IMG/VR virus record: IMGVR_UViG_2974784677_000001
DNA length: 18,290 bases
Direction: 5' to 3' (one strand)
DNA from: Thalassavirus gary
Lineage: Duplodnaviria; Heunggongvirae; Uroviricota; Caudoviricetes; Demerecviridae
Part shown: piece after piece, positions 7,295 to 13,851 of the stretch
How positions within the stretch are numbered: position 1 is the stretch's first letter
Layout: each line of letters begins with the position of its first letter
The notes under the pieces: model-generated
Databases searched by the model: none
The model's input: the letters and a program-made list of their open reading frames with translations, nothing else
Told to the model about the DNA's origin: nothing
Position numbers and translations under genes: made by a program

Positions 7295-7615
7295 ATGGTT
7301 AAAGTTATTATTACTTTTGGTTGCTACCTAGAAACATGTCACGAAATGGTTCTTGTTACTAACCGTGACACTCTTACCGAAGCAGAACATGACAAGATTA
7401 ACAGTGAAGTTGTGTACCCGATGGCCATTGAGACTACAGATGGTTGGGTAGGCTCTAACGGCTTCTGTGAAGACCTAGACGATGCTGAAGACATTGAAGA
7501 GGCAGTAGAAGATGAAGCGTTCTACTACTCAGAAGTCTACGACCCTGAGAAACATGATGGGTTCTTGATGGGTTGTCAAGATGAATGGCAAATTATTGAA
7601 GAAATTGAATTATAA
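7295..7615 (+). CDS. Highly acidic hypothetical protein
   Basis: About 29 D/E versus 4 K/R in 106 aa (manual count); directly behind cassette B5. Confidence 0.85.
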   Translation: MVKVIITFGCYLETCHEMVLVTNRDTLTEAEHDKINSEVVYPMAIETTDGWVGSNGFCEDLDDAEDIEEAVEDEAFYYSEVYDPEKHDGFLMGCQDEWQIIEEIEL

Positions 7616-7629
7616 TAGGAGATAGTCAC

Positions 7630-8004
7630 ATGTCACACATTGAAGCAAAGAAAGCATCATTCGTAACTACAGCAGTCCTAGCAATGGCAGCTAAAGAACG
7701 TGACCTATACGAAGCAATCACTCGTGAATGGCGTCACTCTCAAGTTATTTATATTGGCGTTAACGAACGCAGCCTGTTGGTTAGTAATGCAAAGCCTCGC
7801 AAGTCTAAAGGTACTGACCTAGGAGCTATGCATGGTAAGACTTACTTTACCATTAAGAACTACGGCATTGACGGTATGTATATTCCAGCTAGTAAGTTTA
7901 TTAGCCCGTATGCACTACGCAGCTTTAAGTTCACAGAAGGTCAGCTATATGAAGTAAGCCGCAGTGAGTTTCTATCGAGACTAGCTATGGAGTTACACAT
8001 CTAA
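7630..8004 (+). CDS. Hypothetical protein
   Basis: 124-aa ORF; RBS context GGAGATAGTC matches the cassette leaders. Confidence 0.8.
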   Translation: MSHIEAKKASFVTTAVLAMAAKERDLYEAITREWRHSQVIYIGVNERSLLVSNAKPRKSKGTDLGAMHGKTYFTIKNYGIDGMYIPASKFISPYALRSFKFTEGQLYEVSRSEFLSRLAMELHI

Positions 8005-8264
8005 TGACAGACGTAGCAGACCGGTACAGAGTCAAAAAGATTCTAGACCGAGTTAGAATGAAGTACGAGACGGAACTCGTATCTGATTATGATAATAGCA
8101 GGGAGTTACACATTTACTGTTGCAAACATCGTTGTAACAGAGTAAACATCGTCGTGTGGAAGCGTGACCAGACATTTGGTATTTACGGCGATGATGACAG
8201 TCTACAGGGCAAAGAAAGCATTCCTCTTGATAAGCTAGAGGATTTATTGGAGATTATATTATGA
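8004..8264 (+). CDS. Hypothetical protein
   Basis: TAATG coupling; GGAG RBS. Confidence 0.75.
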   Translation: MTDVADRYRVKKILDRVRMKYETELVSDYDNSRELHIYCCKHRCNRVNIVVWKRDQTFGIYGDDDSLQGKESIPLDKLEDLLEIIL

Positions 8265-8500
8265 AATCTAAGTTTTGGCTAACAATCGCATCTATCCTTG
8301 CATCATTTACTGCTCAAGCAGCTATTGAGGTAAATCCTCAAGAACACTGGATGGTAAAGATTCGCAATACAATGTATGATGTGCAAGTTGTTGAAGTACA
8401 CGGTAATACAGTTCGTATCCAGTACGAAGACGGCATGATTGGCATGGCTAACAAAGAGGACATTACATGGCTTACAAAACTATCCTCAGACTTCATCTAA
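8261..8500 (+). CDS. Putative exported small protein
   Basis: Signal-peptide-like MKSKFWLTIASILASFTAQA; beta-rich mature part; ATGA overlap. Confidence 0.75.
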   Translation: MKSKFWLTIASILASFTAQAAIEVNPQEHWMVKIRNTMYDVQVVEVHGNTVRIQYEDGMIGMANKEDITWLTKLSSDFI

Positions 8501-8601
8501 GAGTATTGAAATGGCTACGCTCCATTGCCATTGATGAAGAAGATCAACTAGCTATCGAGCATGAGATAGCAGACACATTAAGAACCTTAGCCTCCTTGTG
8601 A
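8467..8601 (+). CDS. Small hypothetical protein (44 aa; not in ORF track)
   Basis: MAYKTILRLHLRVLKWLRSIAIDEEDQLAIEHEIADTLRTLASL*; GAGGA RBS 6 nt upstream; fills the 8500-8627 gap. Confidence 0.55.
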   Translation: MAYKTILRLHLRVLKWLRSIAIDEEDQLAIEHEIADTLRTLASL

Positions 8602-8609
8602 GGCTATTT
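8588..8609 (+). terminator. Possible weak intrinsic terminator
   Basis: TAGCCTC-CTTGT-GAGGCTA-TTT. Confidence 0.45.
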
Positions 8610-8626
8610 CTCGTGGAGAGACAACA

Positions 8627-8887
8627 ATGAAAACAGTAAAAATAACTAAAGGACATGAGTATGTTACAGGAGGTGGCAGTGTAGTCAAAGTTGTACGTTT
8701 GTACACAGACTTTGCTATTGTAATGCTACCTAAAGGTATAAAAGAATGGCGAGTAGAGCTAGACGAGTTCGAGCACTATACTTGCATTACAGCCAGAAAG
8801 CAGGTAGAGTCTATTATACATGAGATTCCAGAAGAACCTGTACCAGAACCAGAAAAACCACAAGACACTAGCTACGAGCTAGATTAA
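8627..8887 (+). CDS. Hypothetical protein
   Basis: 86-aa ORF with GGAGA RBS; Pro/Glu-rich tail. Confidence 0.8.
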   Translation: MKTVKITKGHEYVTGGGSVVKVVRLYTDFAIVMLPKGIKEWRVELDEFEHYTCITARKQVESIIHEIPEEPVPEPEKPQDTSYELD

Positions 8888-8896
8888 GGAGACAAC

Positions 8897-9466
8897 ATGA
8901 AAATTACGAGACAAACAATTGCAAGTCCTAAAGAAGTATTACGATTCCTAGCATTATATGCAGGCAAAACACTACCTAACGACCCTTGGACACTAGCAGC
9001 CATTTCAGTATACCTGAAGCCTTTAAAGAATATGCTAGTATTGGATTACGATGGTATAGAAGCTACATTTGGTATTGATAAAGCTTGGATTTGTAAGAAC
9101 TATGAGAAGCGTTCATGGCTACCCCCAGTTGTCCATGAAAAGAAAGCAGACCCTGCTATCACTCATTTCCTAGAGAATAATTTGACAAAAGAGCATGTCA
9201 TTGAGAAGAAACAAGGCTTTAAATATAACTATACTAAGATCGCACTAGATTGCATACAGCAACTAAGCAAAGTTGTTACTCGAACATATATTCGTGATGC
9301 CAACAAGCCTAGAGCATCTGATTTGGCATTTGGGAATGGTTCTCAGCGTGTCCAATATATTACAGAGCTGTTTCTAGAGCTAGACTATGCTGCGCAGCAG
9401 GAACTACTTGCCAAACTTCAGCAAGCTTCACAAGCACCCGCTGAAATTCCTGACACATTAGAATAG
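8897..9466 (+). CDS. Conserved T5-like hypothetical protein bordering the terminal repeat (T5.018-like)
   Basis: MKI..QTIAS..EV.RFL..YA.K.LP.DP and YTKIAL..I.QLSK.VT.TYIR...PR.SDL.FG.G.QRVQ.ITELFLELDY.AQQEL match my recollection of the T5-like ORF next to the terminal repeat; AGGAG RBS. Confidence 0.75.
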   Translation: MKITRQTIASPKEVLRFLALYAGKTLPNDPWTLAAISVYLKPLKNMLVLDYDGIEATFGIDKAWICKNYEKRSWLPPVVHEKKADPAITHFLENNLTKEHVIEKKQGFKYNYTKIALDCIQQLSKVVTRTYIRDANKPRASDLAFGNGSQRVQYITELFLELDYAAQQELLAKLQQASQAPAEIPDTLE

Positions 9467-9490
9467 CCGAGTAAAAAATACAAGCTTTAC

Positions 9491-9519
9491 TTGAAATTTT
9501 CATAGATTCATGATACAAT
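9491..9519 (+). promoter_or_regulatory. sigma70-type promoter with no convincing downstream ORF
   Basis: TTGAAA(9491-9496)-17 bp-TACAAT(9514-9519), with an A-rich upstream tract. Confidence 0.6.
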
Positions 9520-9581
9520 AACTGCATAGCTAGAGAGTTATGAACAACTCACGCTAGCAGAGATAAATCTTATGAATTTTA

Positions 9582-9693
9582 GAGCGTTACAGGGATAGAA
9601 AGAAAATCTAGCAAAGACATTTTCGAGTAACAGCGAAACGAAGTGAAGTCGTAACGAGGTCTTGAATAAGATTCTTTCACAACCCTGTAGCTC
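9582..9693 (+). ncRNA. Candidate structured non-coding RNA
   Basis: Three nested stems: 9582-9594/9683-9693, 9598-9609/9669-9678, 9612-9618/9659-9664; lies downstream of the 9491 promoter. Confidence 0.4.
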
Positions 9694-9858
9694 ACCACTC
9701 ATGATTACGAGGGGGTTCTATTAACTACAGAAAATTACCCCATATGGAAGAACAGATAACGCCCCGCTATCACTCTAGCCTCCTATAGAAACAACTCTAG
9801 TCATTCAAGTTATTACCCTAGCATAGTCTAGGGTTTTATTATATCTATATCCTATCAA

Positions 9859-10366
9859 ATTTGCACCACCTCACGTTAGTGTATCCTCGGCATATCTAGG
9901 ATTAACATTTGCAAAGCAAATGATTCTCCATGTCTTGCCGGAATTGGGGGAAGGACAAAGGGTACAATAGGTTCTATCATTAATAGTAGAAGTCGGATTT
10001 GCACCTGTTCAAGGAGCGACCCCCGAAAAGTCAATTGGTTTTTCCAAATTTCTACCCAAATCCCCCAAAATCTTTAAATCCTGTCTGTTTTGCACCTAGA
10101 CCACCATATAATCCCATATATCTCTTAAAAACTCCATATATCGCATTCGCACCTAGATTTCGCACCCACCCCAATCCTGGCCATGCCTTGCTGCACGCAG
10201 CTGGACTCGGCCAAATTTTTGGAGCAATCGGATTCGCACCTGCAGGCGCCTGACCAAATAGCAGAAAATATAAAACTCAAAATGCATCGAATCGGCACCT
10301 AATTTATAATAGAATTTGCACCTACTGCCATGTAATCATCGAATTTGCACTTGTCGGATTTGCACC
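9859..10366 (+). repeat. Dispersed same-orientation repeats, consensus (G)(G/A)ATT(T/C)GCACC(T), 10 copies
   Basis: GCAC(C/T) cores start at 9863, 10001, 10092, 10149, 10162, 10236, 10295, 10318, 10347, 10362; TCGGATT(T/C)GCACC at 9993, 10228, 10354. Confidence 0.85.
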
Positions 10367-10392
10367 CAGGCGCAGGAGGGACGTCCGGAGCT

Positions 10393-10480
10393 CTATACGT
10401 CTATCCTTCCAGACTTCTATCCATCCAGACTTCTAGCCATCTATCCTTCTATCCATCTAGCCGTCTAGACTTCTATCCTT
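10393..10480 (+). repeat. Tandem array of 11 degenerate 8-mers (CYAKMCDT)
   Basis: ctatacgt ctatcctt ccagactt ctatccat ccagactt ctagccat ctatcctt ctatccat ctagccgt ctagactt ctatcctt. Confidence 0.9.
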
Positions 10481-10556
10481 CCGTATGCCCTACTGTAAAG
10501 GTTTACAGTACACCATTCTGTATAAAATTTTACCTTATGCCGTCCCGTATAAAATA

Positions 10557-10572
10557 TGGCACGATTCTTGCT
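10557..10572 (+). promoter_or_regulatory. sigma54 (RpoN) -24/-12 consensus site
   Basis: TGGCACG-ATTC-TTGCT, exact match to TGGCACG-N4-TTGCW. Confidence 0.65.
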
Positions 10573-10582
10573 TATTAAAAAG

Positions 10583-10653
10583 TTATCCACAACTGTATAT
10601 TTATACATCGCTCTAAAACGCTCTATACAGAGTTATCCACAACCTTATCCACC
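10583..10653 (+). promoter_or_regulatory. DnaA boxes
   Basis: TTATCCACA at 10583-10591 and 10633-10641; TTATCCACC (8/9) at 10645-10653. Confidence 0.75.
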
Positions 10654-10662
10654 GCAAAACCA

Positions 10663-10678
10663 CTGTATATTTATACAG
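10663..10678. promoter_or_regulatory. LexA (SOS) box-like palindrome
   Basis: CTGTATATTTATACAG, 15/16 to CTGTATATATATACAG; a variant ending in T lies at 10593-10608. Confidence 0.6.
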
Positions 10679-10870
10679 GGCTTATGTCGCAGCATATTAT
10701 TTCGAATACCGTTTCTAGCGCCTCCTAGCCTCACCACGACGTTTTAAGCCTTTTAGGGTACTATGGCCTACCCTATCCTACACGCCCATAGCGCCATGTA
10801 ACACTAGCACGACTTTTACGTGCTGCCGGAGCGGCGCGGTTTTACAGAATGGTGTACGGTAAACGGGTAA

Positions 10871-10901
10871 ACAAAACGGCGTCACTTTTCGGTGACGCTG
10901 T
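10871..10901 (-). terminator. Intrinsic terminator of the minus-strand pre-early operon
   Basis: ACGGCGTCAC-TTTTCG-GTGACGCTGT stem (10876-10901), followed on the minus strand by TTTTGTTT; 7 nt past the last stop. Confidence 0.75.
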
Positions 10902-10907
10902 AACAGT

Positions 10908-11144
10908 TTAATTTATTTGGTATTTGGCACGCTCTAGGATCGAAATTGCGTCATCAATTAGATTGCTTGCCGCTTCAGTATCGTGCTCAAACGGGGCGGT
11001 ATTACTGACAGTTAAGTAAATAAACTGTATGGCCGCCGCACTATCAGGATCTTGCTCTAGAGTAGGATCACTCGCTCTAGCTTCATGTAGCAGCCATTTA
11101 ACATGCTCGAAAAAATCCGAATCGACCAAATATTGTTTATCCAT
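10908..11144 (-). CDS. Pre-early hypothetical protein
   Basis: 78-aa ORF, last gene of the minus-strand operon; GGTGG RBS. Confidence 0.75.
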   Translation of the reverse strand: MDKQYLVDSDFFEHVKWLLHEARASDPTLEQDPDSAAAIQFIYLTVSNTAPFEHDTEAASNLIDDAISILERAKYQIN

Positions 11145-11145
11145 T

Positions 11146-11202
11146 TTACACCACCCAAATCATTGCAATTAAAAGTACGATGTCCAGTAAATCAATTTTC
11201 AT
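11146..11202 (-). CDS. Putative 18-aa hydrophobic micropeptide
   Basis: MKIDLLDIVLLIAMIWVV*; ATGA overlap with the upstream stop; stop 1 nt before the next ATG. Confidence 0.5.
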   Translation of the reverse strand: MKIDLLDIVLLIAMIWVV

Positions 11203-11423
11203 CGTGGTTCAAAGTCCCGTACTATTTCTAGAAATTCACGGATTGTAATTCCATCACACCGAATTTCCTCATCGGAGTGTTGAGTATGACGTACTGTAAA
11301 CTTGTCATACTCTACTTGCTCGATTTCATCTACTAGCACACCTTTATAGTATAAACCACGTTGTTTGTGTGCCTCATACACTTGTTGCAAAAATGATACT
11401 AACATTTCACTAGGTCTTAACAT
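11199..11423 (-). CDS. Pre-early hypothetical protein
   Basis: 74-aa ORF with GGAGG RBS. Confidence 0.75.
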   Translation of the reverse strand: MLRPSEMLVSFLQQVYEAHKQRGLYYKGVLVDEIEQVEYDKFTVRHTQHSDEEIRCDGITIREFLEIVRDFEPR

Positions 11424-11425
11424 GG

Positions 11426-11602
11426 TTAAACCTCCACCGGATAAAGTTTGTTTACTACAGCGTACGCCGTACCGTTTTCATCTTGCCACACTTGACCAAA
11501 TTCATTAGTTTCTACATGCTTCAAAATCATAGGCACAATATGACCATTATGCATAATATTGCACATCCAAGTTTGTCCTAGTGTCATAACGTGAACGCTC
11601 AT
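11426..11602 (-). CDS. Pre-early hypothetical protein (58 aa; not in ORF track)
   Basis: MSVHVMTLGQTWMCNIMHNGHIVPMILKHVETNEFGQVWQDENGTAYAVVNKLYPVEV*; GGTGA RBS; ATGA overlap. Confidence 0.7.
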   Translation of the reverse strand: MSVHVMTLGQTWMCNIMHNGHIVPMILKHVETNEFGQVWQDENGTAYAVVNKLYPVEV

Positions 11603-11706
11603 TTTAAAATCACCAAAATTTTATTATAGTCCATACGTACCGTAAAAAACGGTTTGCCGTTTCTAGCAGCCCATAGCAAAGCAGTTGCATAGTTATCAAA
11701 TTCCAT
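11599..11706 (-). CDS. Pre-early small protein (35 aa; not in ORF track)
   Basis: MEFDNYATALLWAARNGKPFFTVRMDYNKILVILK*; starts 1 nt after the upstream stop. Confidence 0.55.
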   Translation of the reverse strand: MEFDNYATALLWAARNGKPFFTVRMDYNKILVILK

Positions 11707-11707
11707 A

Positions 11708-11938
11708 CTAATAATGTGTCGGTAGGTTAAGTCTTAACAATCCATTGCGAACACCAAAACATAGGTGCTTAGATTCTACAGGTTCAAGCTCGCAAGGGTA
11801 GCACATAAAAGACTCACCGCAAAAAACATACGGGGATACTACAGAAATATAACTCCCGTCAATGGCTACAATAACACCACATTTGCCGTTAGTATCTTTG
11901 CAGCGACCTTTTACTTTTACAATTTGGTTAACTTTCAT
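11708..11938 (-). CDS. Pre-early hypothetical protein (KOW/SH3-like N-terminus possible)
   Basis: MKVNQIVKVKGRCKDTNGKCGVIVAIDG resembles a KOW-type beta motif; GGAG RBS. Confidence 0.7.
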   Translation of the reverse strand: MKVNQIVKVKGRCKDTNGKCGVIVAIDGSYISVVSPYVFCGESFMCYPCELEPVESKHLCFGVRNGLLRLNLPTHY

Positions 11939-12009
11939 TTAAGGGTACTCCGTAGGGTAAAGGGTACGTATGCCGTACCCTAAAGCCGTTAACACAATGA
12001 TTACACTAA

Positions 12010-12312
12010 TCATGCCAATTCTCGAATCATATCACGTAATAAATCGGCGTCCGCATCATTGCAGTATATAAACCCGTAACCGTTACCACCGTCATGTGGG
12101 GCAACTTCTTTTAATACTTGAGATACAGTATGGTGTTTTGCTAGTATGCCTGTTTTTATACAGTGTAGCGTTCGCTTCCCTAGCAAGTCACCAGATTTTT
12201 GTAGTGTGATTTCTCCATCACTCCATAACTGGTACACCATACCGTTTCGTGCTGCTAGGTCGTCGTTGTTAGCAGATACAAATTTTTCTGTTAATTCTGT
12301 AATAGTAATCAT
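12010..12312 (-). CDS. Pre-early hypothetical protein
   Basis: 100-aa ORF with GAGG RBS. Confidence 0.8.
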   Translation of the reverse strand: MITITELTEKFVSANNDDLAARNGMVYQLWSDGEITLQKSGDLLGKRTLHCIKTGILAKHHTVSQVLKEVAPHDGGNGYGFIYCNDADADLLRDMIRELA

Positions 12313-12327
12313 CGCTAATACCTCGTA

Positions 12328-12648
12328 TTATATCCCTAGCCAGCCGTTTTCGAATCGTGCGCCCTCAAAAATAGCCCACCATGTTAACAAGTCAGCCCTA
12401 GCGTATTGGTACAGCATACCGCCATTAGTCGCGCCATTAGCAAAAGCTATAGCATACGCTAAAACTTTAGCTTTTAACACGTCCTCGACATCATTAAAAA
12501 GGCTGATATTTCGAGTAATTTCGAAATGGTATTCTTTGTTGCTCAAAAAGCATTGAGCCATTTCTAGACGTTTACTCATTGGAGTATCTGCGTTCAGTTG
12601 GTACGCTGTACTGATTTTTGGTTGTTCTAAAAATTGTTGGTATGACAT
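12328..12648 (-). CDS. Pre-early hypothetical protein
   Basis: 106-aa ORF with GAGG RBS, first gene behind the 12692-12720 promoter. Confidence 0.8.
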   Translation of the reverse strand: MSYQQFLEQPKISTAYQLNADTPMSKRLEMAQCFLSNKEYHFEITRNISLFNDVEDVLKAKVLAYAIAFANGATNGGMLYQYARADLLTWWAIFEGARFENGWLGI

Positions 12649-12691
12649 TTTGTTGCCCTCGCTTAAAGCGGTAATTATTGTCTAGGTCTTA

Positions 12692-12720
12692 ATAATACCA
12701 AAACCTAGACATGGTGTAAA
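12692..12720 (-). promoter_or_regulatory. Pre-early sigma70 promoter
   Basis: Minus strand TTTACA-17 bp-TATTAT. Confidence 0.7.
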
Positions 12721-12738
12721 GTGATTTAGGTCACACTT
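12717..12738. promoter_or_regulatory. CRP-like site overlapping the -35
   Basis: TAAAGTGATTTAGGTCACACTT, 17/22 to AAATGTGATCTAGATCACATTT. Confidence 0.45.
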
Positions 12739-13047
12739 TTAAACGGGGTTATAATCAATTTGATCGATACCAATTTCACGCCATACCATAGACTTATCAT
12801 CATAGCCCCAACCGTCTAGAAGCTCAAGAATTGCGCTACGTTCACGGCGGTCATATAAACCCAAGATATGCATCTCATCGTTATAGATAGTTACACCATA
12901 GGCAGGATGAACAACCATAATGATAGATTCATCATTATCAAGATACCATAGAGTTTCACTAGGATCTTCAACTATATTATTTAGCGGTAGGGCGTCCAGT
13001 ATAGTATCTAGACTGAGTAACAAAGTTTTTTCTTTTAGGTTAAACAT
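12739..13047 (-). CDS. Pre-early hypothetical protein (acidic)
   Basis: ORF track frame 12739-13068; ATG 13047 (MFNLK...) follows GGAGG. Confidence 0.75.
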   Translation of the reverse strand: MFNLKEKTLLLSLDTILDALPLNNIVEDPSETLWYLDNDESIIMVVHPAYGVTIYNDEMHILGLYDRRERSAILELLDGWGYDDKSMVWREIGIDQIDYNPV

Positions 13048-13336
13048 TTTTAACAACCTCCGCAACAACTACTTTCACGGGTACTACTTGAGTGCTACTA
13101 TCAATATAGTGGTCGTGGCGTACGTCACCATATTCCGGTAACACCATATTAGTTGTTTTGGGTACTAGTGGCACGAAAAAGATGTCGTTGTCATCTTCAC
13201 TATATACACACACCGCAACTAGAACATTTTTAATATCTAGTTCATCGCCATACCTAACAAAAGCATCCCCAAATTTTAACGTATCCGCTTGGATGCACTC
13301 ATGCTCACTTTTATGATTCTCAACAGTTACAAACAT
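13040..13336 (-). CDS. Pre-early hypothetical protein
   Basis: 98-aa ORF with GGAGA RBS. Confidence 0.8.
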   Translation of the reverse strand: MFVTVENHKSEHECIQADTLKFGDAFVRYGDELDIKNVLVAVCVYSEDDNDIFFVPLVPKTTNMVLPEYGDVRHDHYIDSSTQVVPVKVVVAEVVKNV

Positions 13337-13411
13337 TTAACATCTCCAGTAAGGGTAAAAACCAACCAATAGGGCTAAACAAAACGCTACACTGCAAACT
13401 AGTTCAAGCAT
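13337..13411 (-). CDS. Putative 24-aa hydrophobic micropeptide
   Basis: MLELVCSVAFCLALLVGFYPYWRC*; AGGT RBS; stop abuts the next ATG. Confidence 0.45.
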   Translation of the reverse strand: MLELVCSVAFCLALLVGFYPYWRC

Positions 13412-13521
13412 GTTATACCTACCTTATTAAGTAGTTTATCAAGTGTCGCAGCACTAGCAACAAATTCGCCAGTTTCAATACTGACACACCACCAAATAAC
13501 ATCAAAAAACATACGGTACAT
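13399..13521 (-). CDS. Pre-early small protein (40 aa; not in ORF track)
   Basis: MYRMFFDVIWWCVSIETGEFVASAATLDKLLNKVGITCLN*; GGAGG RBS; first ORF behind the 13551-13579 promoter. Confidence 0.65.
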   Translation of the reverse strand: MYRMFFDVIWWCVSIETGEFVASAATLDKLLNKVGITCLN

Positions 13522-13550
13522 TGTTTCGCCCTCCTATTGGGTAGGACTTA

Positions 13551-13579
13551 ATCATACTAAATCTAGGCCAAAAGTCTAA
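13551..13579 (-). promoter_or_regulatory. Pre-early sigma70 promoter
   Basis: Minus strand TTAGAC-TTTTGGCCTAGATTTAG-TATGAT; homologous to the 14223 and 12692 promoters. Confidence 0.6.
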
Positions 13580-13684
13580 TAACATTTAGCTATATCCACC
13601 AGCAAAACGATGCCCAGGCGTTATAAGCGCTGTAAGCCGTTATAAGAGGTTCTAGCAAAAAGCCTTGTTTTAGTATGCCTTACT

Positions 13685-13851
13685 TGTGTATAACCACTCA
13701 CAACGGATTCTAGAGCCTAGGAACGCCATTCTATATCGGATAAGCTGTGATTTAGTGTAGATAAGATCCGTTTTCCTGTTAGTATGTTGTGGATAACCAG
13801 TAGATATACAGTATTATTAGAACTTGCTAATGTGCATAAGTCTGTGTATAA
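13685..13851 (-). promoter_or_regulatory. Cluster of DnaA boxes (all on the minus strand)
   Basis: TTWTNCACA matches at 13685-13693 (TTATACACA), 13788-13796 (TTATCCACA), 13831-13839 (TTATGCACA), 13843-13851 (TTATACACA); 8/9 match at 13756-13764. Confidence 0.7.

Larger units (their letters stand above)
9467..10907. other. Long non-coding block; candidate terminal-repeat boundary and injection-stop (iss) region
   Basis: Lies between converging early (+) and pre-early (-) genes, about 7.4-8.8 kb from the end of dmp. It is rich in direct repeats, inverted repeats and DnaA boxes, as described for the T5 iss region. Confidence 0.65.

Noticed and set aside
7611-7629. TATAAT followed by GGAGATAGTC as a ninth promoter cassette
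   Set aside because: No -35 at 16-18 bp spacing, and TATAAT overlaps the upstream stop codon; at most a cassette RBS remnant
9906-9922. CATTTGC-AAA-GCAAATG as a LuxO-type enhancer for the sigma54 site
   Set aside because: It does not match TTGCA-W3-TGCAA spacing and lies about 640 bp from the sigma54 site; kept only as a short palindrome
9999-10747. ORF-track ORFs 9999-10253, 10345-10578 and 10556-10747
   Set aside because: Non-ATG or RBS-less starts; low-complexity Pro/Ser/Phe-rich translations produced by the DNA repeats; they overlap regulatory motifs
10892-10904. matS-like site GTGACGCTGTAAC (12/13 to GTGACRNYGTCAC)
   Set aside because: Single copy that forms one arm of the minus-strand terminator, which explains the sequence
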